Source: Sphaerodactylus townsendi
Lineage: Eukaryota
Assembly (NCBI RefSeq): GCF_021028975.2
Contig: NC_059425.1
Span: 155,682,001-155,746,000, forward strand
Direction of reading: 5' to 3'
Length of the DNA: 64,000 nt
A program made the translations under genes and the position numbers. Numbering within the stretch: the stretch's first letter is position 1; the number at the start of each line of letters is the position of its first letter. The notes beneath the pieces were generated by a model. It was not told where the DNA came from and did not search any database. It was given only the letters and a program-made list of their open reading frames with translations. Positions 48,994-62,438 of this stretch are shown here, in pieces.

Positions 48994-49651
48994 TAAGACA
49001 AGATCTATCACAAAGTTCAAAAATGAGACAGACTACAGCTTGGAAAATATTTTATTTGTGCTAATGTTCAGTCCCAAACTAATTTGGATGAGTAGATGCC
49101 ACTATCACAGGCCAATAACTAAAGTGAAAAGGCTGGTTTGTGGCTGCGCAAAATGAGTGATTAGTCAGCCACTTTGTTTGCAAAAAGCAACAACATTGTC
49201 ATTAAGGTCTTAGCACAGTAACAAAATGCTTTTCGGTGGTTTTGTTTGCAGGGGCCAAATTTAAATGAGAAATTAATGCAATTCTTTATTTTCTTCTTCC
49301 TTTCAGGATTATCACAGTCCCTGCGTTCTACTTTGAATGTGAATTATGACAAAACATTTTAGAAGATAACATCAGTAAACACTTTGGACTAAGAATCAGA
49401 GGGAATTTAAATGAGAACAAATTATCCAATGATATATCTATGCCAGATTAATCTGCCCTTAATTGAAGTGCATCCTTAACTACGTAATCTATCATCATTC
49501 ATTTGCTTAGAACTGCCCAGTTGTGTTCAATAATGTTATGGTTTAATCTGTCAGTGTCATAAAGCCAATCTGCATGTACATCCTCGATTGAGAAATCTCA
49601 TCTTCAACCTCCAAAATGCCAGAAGGTCTTCCTTCCTAGAAGAATCTAGGA

Positions 49652-50171
49652 CAGTGGTGGCGAACCTATGGCACGGGTGCCAGAGGTGGCACTCAGAGCC
49701 CTCTCTGTGGGCACGCGCAAACAGAGTCCCCCCCCACACACACACATCTAGGCTGGTCTGGGCTGCTGGGCTCAATTATTAGCATTAAACCTAAGACCTA
49801 GTTTTGGGGAAGCAGTGTAGGTAACCTTGTTAAGTGCTGTTAAACCCCACTGATTTTCATGCGAAGAACTAAAGTGTGATCCTTTACTTGGGAGTAAGCT
49901 TGGTTGCTGGCAATGGGGTTTGTTCTGAGTAAACGCTCCTAGGGTTGTGATTCACCCGTTGGAAGAGAGTTGCACGGTTGCTTCAAAGCAAAGCCACCAA
50001 CTACTACACACAAAGTTTACTCCTGAGTAACACATGCCTCGGAGCCAACCATTTTTTCTAAACTAAAACCTCAGTATTCAGGTTAAATTGCCGTGTTGGC
50101 ACTTCGCAATAAATAAGTGGGTTTTGGGTTGCAATTTGGGCACTCGGTCTCAAAAAGGTTTGCCATCACTG
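49652..50171 (+). mobile_element. hAT MITE family A (longest copy)
   Basis: TIRs as at 4044; perfect TSD ATCTAGGA. Confidence 0.92.
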
Positions 50172-50745
50172 ATCTAGGAGAATGAAGAAGAAAAAGCACG
50201 GCAGAGCTCTTTGCAAAGTAGTTATAATCCTTTTGCCATTCTTCTGTGCACAAATTTACTAGGGAATAATCTACTTCAGATTTTAAAAAAATAATAATAC
50301 AATATAAAGAATATAAGAATATATATAAGAATTCTCAACATGTCTGTTTGTTACTAGTTGCATTCCTTCATGTGGATCAGTTTTGCGATTTTTGGTTGCT
50401 ACTGGTTCTGCCTTTATTTTAGATGTCCCGGTAGTTCCTATGAGAGTAGCACCTCTCGTCACCTTTGGTTCCCTGAAAAAGAAAACCTTGCCACAGTTAT
50501 CCATGCTTGGTATCATCCAGGTTAGATCACTCTAGCATAGCTGCTTAGAGGGCACTTTTGCACATGCAGAATAATGCACTTTCACAATTGTTTGCAAGTG
50601 GATTTTGCTATTTTGCACAGTAAAAGTCGTACAGCCGCCAAAGAAGGTGCATTAGAAGAGATGGATTGAAAATGTCATTATTTTGCCATTAATGCAAAGA
50701 GATGCCACATCTTTCTTATAAAACAATTTTGAAACGTCAGTCATT

Positions 50746-50870
50746 TAAGAATAAGAAAGTAAGAATGAGCCTGCTGGATCAGACCAGAGTCCATCTAGTC
50801 CAGCACTCTGCTACTCGCAGTGGCCCACCAGGTGCCTTTGGGAGCTCACATGCAGGATGTGAAAGCAACA
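50746..50870 (-). mobile_element. CR1 3' tip
   Basis: Reverse complement of ~42697-42813. Confidence 0.8.
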
Positions 50871-51196
50871 TGCTACTGCTAACTGAGACTTGCCGATCTA
50901 GTCATATACTGCCACCAACAAAGCATCTTTCCTAGCTGCTACTTTGTTTCCAAGACTAATAAAACGTGTTTTTGACTCAAAAAGCTTAAATGGGTCAGTA
51001 ACAGAATAACAGTAACAGAATACCACTTTCTCTCATATAATCTGTCTGTTTGCCCTAAAATTCAGATGTTAGGCAAATGTTACCTTCCAAGATCTTTCAT
51101 TATCATATGCTATTGGTTGATTAACATTGGAGAGCGTTTTTCACTGTATGCTGTTTTATTGGTGTTACTGTTTTAAATATTATTTTGCAGTTTTTT

Positions 51197-51475
51197 GGCG
51201 CAGCAGTGGCGTAATGGTTAAGAGCAGGTGTACTCTAATCTGGAGGAACCGGGTTTGATTTCCTGCTCTGCCGCTTGAGCTGTGGATGCTTATCTGGGGA
51301 ACATCCAGATTAGCCTGTGCGCTCCAACACATGCCAGCTGGGTGACCTTGAACTAGTCACAGTTCTTCTGAGGTCTCTCAGCCCCACCTACCTCACAGGA
51401 TGTTTGTTGTGAGGGGGGAAGGGAAAGGAGTTTGTCAGCCCCTTTGAGTCTCCTTACAGGAGACAAAGCAAAATA
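51197..51475 (+). mobile_element. tRNA-CORE SINE
   Basis: gcagcagtggcgtaatggttaagag, gggtttgatttcc, CORE. Confidence 0.88.
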
Positions 51476-53217
51476 TAAAAATATTAGAGGCTGTAACAAT
51501 ACACTTATTTTCACTGTTATGGCCTCCAGTACTTCTGTACTTCATTTTGTTTATCTTTATAGAGGTTTATCTTTATCCTTTTCCTGTTAATAAGTATAAG
51601 CAGTGTACAAATTTTTATCTTAATAGAAATCCAGGAGAGATAATTTTAAATAATAATAAAATAGTTTGATTAAATTTCTATGAAGAGATCTCTATTTTCT
51701 TGTAGAACTGCAGTTCTCAAAATTACTTTTGAAAGAGACTGGTCTGTTACATTAGTGTAAATCTATAGAGTAGATATGCTCTAAATTCCTGTGATTCTCA
51801 TTATGATGAATTTGCTCATAGTACTCCACAAGATTTTTCCCCACTGTCTTTTTCCACCTAATTCACTGCTATGGGGTTCCCAGCAGCAAATCAAAAAGGA
51901 AAGTTTTGAGGGCACAGGATCTAATCCTGAGCATTCTCTGATACACCCAGTCTGGAGTGATAACTGCCAGTCCCCTTGTGAGGGAGTTGCATGTCCCAAT
52001 TCCTCTTTCCTGACATTACAGCAAGAGAAAAAAATGGCTGTTGGGTTGACAGCATATCACTTCTGGAAAAACCCCAGATGTGACTTCATAAACCATGAAG
52101 ATTCCTGCAAATTCTAGAGAGATGTGATACCACTTCCAGGTTTTTCCCAGAAGTTATGTCATGCTGTCACCAATGGACACCTTCTCCATGTCCCTGCCTC
52201 CTGCCCCCCCCCACAAACCAGTCTCTTACTGGTTCAAGGGTAAAACTGACTGGTGCAAGATGATTCTTTTTAAATTGAACAAGATCCAAGTTTAATTCAG
52301 AAGAAATACACAACTGAGGTAAACATTAATACTTAAGAAGCAATTGTGAGATGTTAGATTTTACACAGCACATTTGTCAGAAAAACACTTTCTCAGGCAG
52401 TTTTACAACATATAAGCACAGCATCCTGCTGCAACTAAGTTACACACCAGACAAAGCGAAGCCCTGCTGGGCTACTAAAATACCTCTGTATCCTGGGCAG
52501 CCCAATCCAGAGGGGTTGGGCAAACCCTCTGGATCCGGGCAGCCCTGGCACCAGTGTGGGCGCCCATCCCACTGGTGCAAAGGGCAAATGGAGGGTATTT
52601 ACCCTGGAGTACACATGACTCCATGGCACCCCAAACAGAAGCTCCCTCTGTCACCCAAGCTTACCGGCACAAAACACTGTGTCATCATGGCCAGGAGCAT
52701 TCTGCAGAGTGCGGTCAACCTTAGTCAGTCTCCAGTGCCCAGCCAGTCCCCATGTGCTCGTGCAGACACTGGCAGAGATATACCACAATTTTCATGGCGT
52801 ATCTCTATTCTCCCTTATGGGGGAGTCTCTGCTATGGGTTTTTAAAAAACTTTTCCAGGCTTCCCTTCGGAGTGCGCAGGGCAGTGCCATCCCAATCCAC
52901 CAGCTTTCTTTAGTTGGGGCTGTAAGTCCTCCAAACAAGAAAAGTTAAGCAACTATGTGTTGTCACTTCAGATCATTACTTACTCTTCTCTAATGTTCTG
53001 CCTTCAATACCTAACTTGTGAATAACAGTCGAGGCTGCAAACTCTGGATTGGGGCAACTCCTGGAGATTTGGAGGCAGAACCTGGGGAGATCCTCAGTGA
53101 GATCTGGTGCTACAGACTCCACCCGTCAAAGCAGTTGTTCTCTCCACAAAAGCTGGACTTTGCAGTTTGGAGCTGTGATGTAATTCCAGGAAATCTCAAG
53201 CGGGTTGGCATCTATAA

Positions 53218-53358
53218 GGCTCATTCCGCACATGCAGAATAATGCACTTTCAAACTGCTTTCAGTGCTCTTTGAAGCTGTGCGGAATGGCAAAATCCACT
53301 TGCAAACAGTTGTGAAAGTGGTTTGAAAACAAATTATTTTGCATGTGTGGAGGGGACC
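53218..53358 (+). mobile_element. MITE family H copy
   Basis: Near-identical to 5221-5361. Confidence 0.85.
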
Positions 53359-53415
53359 TTGTGTCCTTCTCGTGATCTTCACTTCTCCAGTAAACAACAC
53401 CTGTTGGCTGATTTA

Positions 53416-54123
53416 GGCTGATTTTTCATGGCAAAATTGCCCCTCTGTTGGCACAGGGAATGCCCCAGTGCAATCGGGAGTTCTGCACTGCCCCCATTGC
53501 TGCAGCGTGTCTGCCACGCTGTTGCCCCAGTGCTGCCCCAGAGTATTGGCTTTGCTCCGCAGCTTTCCAGAACCACCAAAATGGAGGTTCTTTTGGAATG
53601 CCCCTCTGTTGCTCTGGGGGCTTCTCTGCCATGCAGAACTCCACGGCAGCACCACTGAGGCCGTTTTTCTCGCATTGCTGCTCTGGCCCACCCTACCAAA
53701 CAAAAGAATCCCACCTCCCACGTGAAAGGAGTTTGCAGGGGGAGAGTCGGTGATTCTCTCTTACACGTGAGGATTTTAGACCCAGGGGGTGGTGGTGGTG
53801 AGATCACTGATTCTCGGCACCTGCCTGCATTCTGATTTTAACTTAAAATAAAATACTGAAATTGAGTGGGGGGAATGGGTTGAGATTCAGCCAATCAGAG
53901 TGCAAGAAATGGAGACTGCCTGCACATGTGTGGAAGAGGCTGCGGAAGAGCTCATGGTGCTTATGGGAAAGCCCTGGGCTCGTGGGGAACCAGATGTGGA
54001 TTCCCGCACCAGCCCTAACTTGAGAGCCAGGCAGCCATGGGGAGCTACAAGCAGGGTGAGAAGTCCTGCAGGAGGTACACTCCCTGGATATGCCACAGGG
54101 CATTTTGCTGTGAAAAATCAGTC
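53416..54123. mobile_element. 708-bp PIF/Harbinger-like non-autonomous element
   Basis: TIR ggctgatttttcatggcaaaa / ttttgctgtgaaaaatcagtc; TSD TTA. Confidence 0.75.
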
Positions 54124-54939
54124 TTAGAGTACTGCTCTAATTTGCTCCTGTGTTTCTGGGACACAGAGACCAATCACTGTCAGTCAATAAGAACTGTGTA
54201 CTGGAGATGTTACTAGAGCTCCCTAGTTTCTTGAAGAACTACAATTCCCAATGTTCCTTAGGAAAATGACATGATACTAAACCAGTTTATGTCTATAGCA
54301 AAGATATGCTCTAGATTCCTAAGAGCTAATTTTAGCAAGTTCTTATGTGGATTCTTCCCCACCCCCCCAAAGAGTAGTAGATAAACAGTACAATAAGCTG
54401 TAGCCTTAAGTAATTTTTAAAAAATATGAATTCAAAGTTTGGGAATAAATCCTTTCCAATTAGCAAATTAATCAGTATAACTCTAGTAACAGGTGTTTAT
54501 CTCTCTTTCTCATTCCTTTTCCCTCTGTAACTTGGGTTCCCCTGAGAGCAAATGTATAGAAATTTCTTTTAAGTTGTCATTTATGATACCAGAGCCCTTT
54601 TCAGACACTAACAAGTATAATCATAGCAATTCATTCCTGAGAATAAGTCCCATTGGGTAAACCTGAATAGGATTCTGAGTTTATTTGCTTACAAACATAC
54701 TGTAAAAAAAAAAATTAAGGAGTGGGGTTGGGAGGTATTGCTTCCAACCCAAGAATGTTCTGTAGACTACAGAACTCAAGCTAAAAATCACACAAACAGA
54801 TTCTCCATAAAGATCACCCATCATTTTATGGGATTCTGAACTGTTTTGACAATTTTTGGTGAAATGAAGTTTGGTTTCCAACTTACTGAATGCACTCACA
54901 TCAAAACTGGGGCCCATTACAGAAAACACAGAACTTTGT

Positions 54940-56230
54940 TTTAATATATGAAAGCAGCAGCAAAAATACTATATGTAAAAAATTGCAAAACTCCAGCTAC
55001 AGCTACAATTGAAGAATGGTGGTTGAAGGTATTAGACTTGGCAGAGATGGCCAAACTCATGTTGTTACTTAAAGAAAATAATTTACCCGTATATACTCGG
55101 GTATAAGTCGACCCGCATATAAGTCGAGGCACCTAATTTCACCACAAAAAACTGGGAAAACTTATTGACTCGCATTTAAGTCGAGGGTGGGAAATGCAGC
55201 AGCTACTGGTAAATTTCAACAATAAAAATAGATACCAATAAAATTACATTAATTGAGGCATCAGTAGGTTAAATGTTTTTGAATATTTATTTCAAAGAAA
55301 AACAGTAAACTAGCTCTGTAGGTGGAAAAGAGGGTCAACAAAACAATATAAGGTCTCAACTTAATAACTTTAAAAGTACCAAAACCTTAGCTCAACCAGC
55401 AACCAAGCTAAGACACAAGAGTTAAAATCCTTCAAAACTGGATTTTTGGTCAGGGGAGGAATGTTTATGTTAACAATACCAACATTTCAGAGTACCTTTA
55501 GGAGACCCTCCTGATGATACCACCCAGGTTTAGTGAGAGTTTGGTTCAAAGGGGTCCCAAAGTTATGGACCCTCAAAATGTAGCCCCATCTACTATTGGC
55601 TCCCATTGGAAACAATGGGGGATGGGGGCACCCCCTTTGGGGATCCATAACTTTTGACCCCCTAAACCAAACATCACCAAACCTGGCTGGTATCAGCAAG
55701 AGATTATCCTGATAATACCAGCCAGGTTTGGTAAAGTTTGGTTCAAGGGATCCAAAGTTATGGACCCTCAAAATGTAGCCCCATCTACTATTAGCTTCCA
55801 TTGGAAACAATGGGGGATGGGGGTCCCTTTGGGGGTCCATAACTTTGGACCCGCAAACCAAACTTTACCAAACTTGGGTGGTATTATCAGGAGAGTCTCT
55901 TGACAAATCCCTGAAATTTTGGTGCCGCTAGCCTAAAAATTGCGCCCCCTGGCAACAGACAAAGTAAAAACCCTAAAATATTTTTTTTTAATGCACCTGA
56001 CTCGCATATAAGTCGAAAAATTCGTGTATAAGTCGAAAAATTCGACTTATATGCGAGTATATATGGTAGTTACATTTTTGGACAATTGAAAACCCTGGAT
56101 AGATTATTCGGATAAAAGGGAAAAAATAAATTGATGATTAGTGGTTTTGAAGGTTAGTGGATTGTTAAAATAAGATCTAATAGAGTTGATGTCTAATAGA
56201 GTGTGATGTCTATAAGTAGTAACTGTAAAG
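54940..56230 (+). mobile_element. L1 ORF2 C-terminal relic split by a Tc/mariner MITE
   Basis: AAAKILYVKNCKTPATATIEEWWLKVLDLAEMAKL...|VTFLDN*KPWIDY continues across the insert. Confidence 0.7.
55086..56066 (+). mobile_element. Tc/mariner (Tc2/pogo-like) non-autonomous element with internal palindromic repeats
   Basis: TIR ccgtatatactcgggtataagtcga / tcgacttatatgcgagtatatatgg; TA TSD. Confidence 0.88.
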
Positions 56231-58599
56231 ATCCAATTTAACTCCCATTGTTGGAACAAGTGATAATATTACTATGCTATCTGCTTCCTCAGTTTCAGAG
56301 TGGTTGTGGTGATGTTGTAACCCTCAACTATATAACCATAAATTCGAATTTCCTGCTCTCCTTTTCATTAGAAAATGTTGTATCTGAGGTTCCTGATAAC
56401 ACATTTTTAAACAATTTCTCCTTTATTAGGCAGACATATTTTTGGTGGCCCACACTCTGTTCTGACTGAGCTAACATACACAAAACATACATAACAGGAA
56501 GACTGTAGGTTGCTACAACATGGTCTGCACATTTTGTGATGCATCAAGCTGAGAATAGTTGTATATATTGTGACTTGGTAATTTTTAAAATTCCAAGCAA
56601 AAAGCAAAATCATAATGTTTATCAAACCTGTAGTAGGTATCAACATATGGGTTGCAGGCAACTTGACAGGTCACAAATAATGCAGGGTAATTGTTAGTAA
56701 TTTCCATTTCCGCATCTTGTTCTTGGAAATCTTGAATGTTTATGGGCACAAATAGCATAATTCAAAATGTCCATAATTTGGGATATGAAAAAAAAATATT
56801 TTAAAACTATAAGTGTATCTTTTAAATCCTAGAATTAAGTGTTGGTACCAATGAGACTATATACATAAGTGCTGTCAAGTCGCAACTGATTTCTGGTAAC
56901 GCCAGCAAAGGGCTCTCCTGGAAATTGAGGAGCACAGGTGATTTGTCATTGCTTCCCACCAGTGAGACTAGAACACTACTATTTCAGTCTTATGCTCTTG
57001 TAAATGTCTCATAACGAGTGAATATAATTAATCTAGATCCTTGGAAACAATTCAAATGAGACCTAAAGTGCAGAGTATTTTAATTTTAAAAATCAGTCAC
57101 ATATTATACTATTTTAAAGTGTGATTTGAACAGATAGTTATACTTAGTTGTCCCTGCAGAAACATTTTAGAATCCAAGTCTTACAGCCCAATCCAATGGG
57201 GGGGGGGGTTTGAATGAGTTGTTGGAGCGGGCAAACTGAGAGGCAGATAAGGGACACCCAACCTGGAAGTCAGCCTGGCCCCCAGAGCAGGTTAATGCTA
57301 GCACAGCTGGGAGCATTACTCCACCAGCCTTTGGAGCCAGGAATGTCCCAGCCTAGCTCTTGGACTTACCCTGTTGGGTGGCATAAGTTCATTTTGAGCT
57401 ATGGAGGGTTTGCAGGTGGCCAAGGAGTTTTTGACATTTGCTGCCTCCCTGAGCCGCCTGCAAGCCTTCTGGAGGTGGTGCAGTGGCATGGCAGCAGCAC
57501 CATCCTTGGCTGCCTCAGCCCTTTGGATGGAGCTGTTTGTCTTTGTTCTCCTGCATTTCAGTAGTGCAGTATTTAGCACCATTAAGGGAGGGGGGATTGT
57601 ATCAGGCTTATGAAACCACTAGGAATGTACTAAATTTATGGACTGCAGACTTGAACTAGGAAACTTAACTGCTTCAGGTATAGTAACTATATATAGTTAC
57701 TATAGTATAGTAACAACTATGGAAACAGAAATTTGTCTGACTGGCTTCCACTTAGTTTTTATGCATTTTTCACATTAGAATCATGTTTCAGTATCACGTT
57801 TCAGTATTCAATTCTTAAGAGTGGTGAAATTCTCCACTCTGCATACTACTACTGAAGCAAGGGCTATAGAACCATGTTGTTCCAAATCTTCTTAGAACAT
57901 CAGAATCTATTCCCAGTTGAAAGACATTCACTCTACTGGAATGTTTTGCATTTTTACACCTCGGAATAGCTCTGCACAACCCTTTCTAGTTAAAAGAAAC
58001 ATATTTTAACTCCTCTCCTTCATTGTTTCTTCTACAGAAGCCTCCCCTGAACATCAGCCATCTATTTGCCCTAGAAGTGTTAAACCAGGGAGGTTTATCA
58101 AAAACTTTTCAAATAATCACACATCAAAGTCTTTGAACATTACAATTAGCTAAACAGAACTCCAGCATTTGAAAATGCACTTCTTGCATTTTTGACTGGT
58201 AACAAGCGGAGATATTGCTTTATTGAATATTGTTTTAAAAGAGCTCTAGCTCTATTCCTAGTTTCTTTTTAACAACTAAACTGGGTTGGATTAAATTGTA
58301 ATGATAATGAAAGGCAGAAGTACTCCCAGACTCTACATGTGGCTTGAGTAAATTAGCTGTACTCAAACTTGATAACCTGCTTTCTGTTATTATTACAAAT
58401 TTATAACAAAGCAAAACAAAACCTACATTGCATAGCTTTTGTAACACAAGCTGTTGCAGAGGCGGAGCAACCAGGGGACAGGGGGGTGTTGCACCGGGTG
58501 TGTGCCTGGGGGGTGGAAAATGGGGTTTTCTTCCCTACATAAATACTTGTGATCTTAGTTGCTCTTGTTGGTTCACAAACACAATCTATTTTCAAGAAG

Positions 58600-59824
58600 A
58601 ATGGCACAGCTATTATCTGTAGTAAGAAGGCAGCTTAACAGAGAGCAAAAGGTGAGCTCTGTTATGGGGGGGGGGGTTCCCTAAAACTAAATCTTTAATT
58701 GTGTGTACCTTTGAGGGTCTATATGTTTGTTTGTTTGTTTTTTGAGAGCTCAGGAGGCCTTTTGTTTGTGGAGGGGAATCTTTGTTTTTGGCCATGGGTT
58801 TGCCTCGGGCTTCTGAGAGGTGGGGCTTCTTGTGAGTCACCAGCTGTATTTAACTGCCATCTGGATCTTCAGAACATTCTCTGAGAGGCAGCAAAAGAGA
58901 GCAAAGGACAGCTGAACAGCGAGCAAAAGATGAGCTCTGCTTATGGGGGTTCTCAAATCTTNNNNNNNNNNNNNNNNNNNNNNNNNNNNNNNNNNNNNNN
59001 NNNNNNNNNNNNNNNNNNNNNNNNNNNNNNNNNNNNNNNNNNNNNNNNNNNNNNNNNNNNNNNNNNNNNNNNNNNNNNNNNNNNNNNNNNNNNNNNCTTT
59101 TGTTTGTGTGGAGGTGGGTTTTTTTGGCCATGTGCTTGCCTCAGGCTTCTGAGAGGCAGGGCTTCTGGTGAGAGACCAGCTCTAACTGCCATCCAGCTCC
59201 TTTGAGCAATTTCTGAGAGGCCATAATTCACGCCATAATCTCTGAGAGGCAGCAGAAGAAGAGAGAGCAAAAGAGGAGGGGTTTTTTGGGGGGAGGTGTC
59301 TTTAAATAATTTATGACCAATCTTTCAGGATAGAGTAGAAGGTGAATTGGTTACTTTTGGGAATAGAGGCTTCAGTCACTAGGTCTCAGTCCCTGGACTT
59401 CAGTGAGATGGAACTTGGCTAACAGGAGCTTAGTGGGAGGAGTTTAGTGGGAGATATTTTGAAAGAGATATCTATTTAAGACTACTTAGTATGGATGGTC
59501 AGGGTGTTGCTGCAGTCACCAGCAATAGCTGTGGAATGTTGCTGTTTTTTTGCCAGAGGATGTGGGTAGCTATACCTGCAATAAATGCAAGTTGGCTGCT
59601 CTCGTAAGAAAAGGTCCAACAGCTTGAGGCATAAGTATCCACTCTTCAGCCCATTAAGAAGAATGAGGTTTTTCCTAGGAAGAGTGGAGCAGGAGTACTG
59701 GGAGGAGAAAACACTGGGGAGTTCTCTGAGGAGGAGGATGGCAACTGTCAGACACAGGAGATGAACTTGATGATCCTTGTGGTCTCTTCCAGCTTTATGA
59801 TTCTATGATTCTATTCTATGATTC
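58600..59824 (+). mobile_element. CR1 5' region (repetitive 5'UTR + start of ORF1) joined directly to a CR1 3' terminus
   Basis: Broken ORF from 59491 MDGQGVAAVTSNSCGM..LPEDVGSYTCNKCKL..EKVQQLEA*VSTL (CR1 ORF1 zinc finger/leucine zipper), then gatccttgtggtctcttccagctttatgattctatgattc; left boundary approximate. Confidence 0.7.
58962..59096. other. Assembly gap (N run)
   Basis: Run of n characters. Confidence 0.99.
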
Positions 59825-60871
59825 CAAGATAAAAATGGTAACATACTGCATGGCAGTACAAATTTATGAACGCTTCTGGTGCTCACAGTTAATCACTTTG
59901 AAATATCAAATGTGCCTCCTTGGGTAAGGAAGAAAAATGGAACCGTTCTTCCATCACAGCCTACCCAAAAATATATATGTAAGAATGTACGACAAGCAAT
60001 CTTATAAACCACCACCTTCAACAGGAAGGGAATTAACAGCATATTCCCCCAGAGGTGGTGGTTTATGAATTTGCAGAGCTCAGAGCTAATCTCAGATAAA
60101 TTTAAGTTGCCCATTTTATGAAGGTATCACGTCTGAAAGCACTGGAACAGAGTACATTTTAGATGTGATGCTGGAACATTCAGCATCTTTTGATGCATTA
60201 CCTATTTCACGGAGTAACTTCCCCCCCCCCCCGTGCACATATGTGAAGGCATATTATTGCTAGTTTGATGCTACATTTGGGTTGCCTTTCTGCCTTCTCT
60301 CTCTTCCTCATAAATAGTGATGATGGGGGAAAGTATTCATTTCATTTTTGCCTCAAATTTAGATACTAATGCAAAATCTACACTTGCTTCCTGGTGCACA
60401 ACAATCCATGGCCTCTACCATTGGAGTCAACTTGTATCCCTTTTCCCTCTCCTTTCCAAGTTTCTTGATGCTTGGTCTTTTTCAGTTTGAGTATTTTGAT
60501 TAAACAGCCAACTGGCCTCTTTTAGTAATATCACAGTTTCTACTATTTGTATCTATATTTACAGGCTATGCTTGGCTATGGGGTTTTTTCAACAGCTGAG
60601 GCTAAGGAGCATGTGGAAGAAATTGGCCTGTCTAACAGAGAAATGGGTTAAGGTAGGTTAGCCAGGTAGGGAAGTAAGCAGACTATCAACCCAAGGTCCC
60701 ATTAACTGGAGTCAGATGCACAAAAGACTATCAAATGCAATTCCAAATAGATCAAATGCAACTCCAAATACTCAGCAAACTCTGAAAATAGCTTGGCCAC
60801 AATCATGAGCAAAAGAGCCAGCCTATTCTTGGAGTGGGAAGGAACAGGCTGCAGTGACTGCTCAAGTCAAA

Positions 60872-61012
60872 GGCCCCTTCCGCACACACAAAATAATGCG
60901 TTTTCAAACCACTTTCACAACTGTTTGCAAGTGGATTTTGCTATTCCGCACAGCTTCAAAGAGCACTGAAAGCAGTTTGAAAGTGCATTATTCTGCATGT
61001 GCGGAATGAGCC
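60872..61012 (-). mobile_element. MITE family H copy
   Basis: Full 141 bp; TSD AAA. Confidence 0.88.
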
Positions 61013-61871
61013 AAAGTGAGCTTGAAGAAGCAGCGGCAAGAACTACTGTGCCCCTTCAAATTGCCCATGACTTTCCCGCTTATATGGAATTACTGCAGTA
61101 TGCCTCTGTGTGTGAGTGTTTTAGCAGTCCAGAAAGGAATGACAAATGTGGCAAACTTATTGTTGATTTTGATATTCTCCAATTATCTCCTTGTATCAGT
61201 CTGCTGACAACATGGAAGTTTCTTTAACTCAGCCCAAGTTTTGCATGGCCGATCATCGCCAGAACAAGCCTATCCCAATTTCAATCTGATTGGAGAATAG
61301 ATGTAATTTTCTAACAACCTGAATATTCATTTCCAAATATTCCTTTTTGTCTTGCAAACAAATGGGCATATGGAAAGGCTGGATAATGGCGATGATGATG
61401 CACGTGCCAGCACTCGACTAGAACAGGTGCCTAATACTGCATTTTTGACAGGTGTGCATGTTTCATATTCAAAGCTCCAAACAAACATTATTCTAGCAAT
61501 TATGCTTTATAAGGGATCGTTTCAAACTATACAGCTCAGTTCCAAGAAAATGAGGTCCATTTTGGACAGCACAAAAAAGTTGTCTGAGTGACATCTTAAA
61601 AAGAGGTGACCTTAATTTCACTCTGCACACCCCAAATTAGACATCCTGGAGACATCTTTTAAAAAGCCACCTCTCATTTGTGGTCCAGTCAGCACAGGCG
61701 TCAGAGGAGGAAAGAGGCTTTCCCCATCTGACAGTTTACCTCTCAGGGCAGTTTCACCCTCCACTTGTGCCTGACATTTTGTGTGCTGCTGAAAGGATTC
61801 TCCCTGCCTCCATTTGCTGAAGGTTGCCCCAGGACGCATGCTCTGCAGGCTCCGGTCCTGGGCACCTTTTC

Positions 61872-62178
61872 AAGAAGAAGAAGAAGAAGAGTTTGGATTG
61901 ATATCCCCCCTTTCTCTCCTGTAGGAGACTCAAAGGGGCTGACAATCTCCTTGCCCTTCCCCCCTCACAACAAACACCCTGTGAGGTGGGTGGGGCTGAG
62001 AGAGCTCCGAGAAGCTGTGACTAGCCCAAGGTCACCCAGTTGGCATGTGTGGAAGTGCGCAGGCTAATCTGAATTCCCCAGATAAGCCTCCACATCTTAA
62101 GTGGCAGAGCGGAGAATCAAACCCGGTTCCTCCAGATCAGCGTGCACCTGCTCTTAGCCACTATGCCACTGCTGCTCC
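61872..62178 (-). mobile_element. Full-length tRNA-CORE SINE
   Basis: Close match to 16463-16762; (CTT)n tail. Confidence 0.9.
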
Positions 62179-62297
62179 CAAAAAGTACATAACTGTACTC
62201 AGTTCTTCCTGCCGAGTCTGGCAATATATAATTTTTCTCTTTTTTTATGATAAAGAGCTGTATTCGTAACTATGCCGACACGCGTATGAGAATCAGA

Positions 62298-62438
62298 GGC
62301 TCATTCCGCACATGCAGAATAATGCACTTTCAAACTGCTTTCAGTGCTCTTTGAAGCTGTGCGGAATGGCAAAATCCACTTGCAAACAGTTGTGAAAGTG
62401 GTTTGAAAATGCATTATTTTGCATGTGCGGAAGGGGCC
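62298..62438 (+). mobile_element. MITE family H copy
   Basis: Full 141 bp; flanks AGA/TTA do not match. Confidence 0.88.

Noticed and set aside
52351-52845. 164-aa ORF and overlapping ORFs at 53379-54127
   Set aside because: They fall within GC-rich MITEs that are open in several frames; no domain signature
61124-61227. CGK-containing frame as TPO exon 16
   Set aside because: Weak acceptor and only a 3-residue resemblance; likely chance
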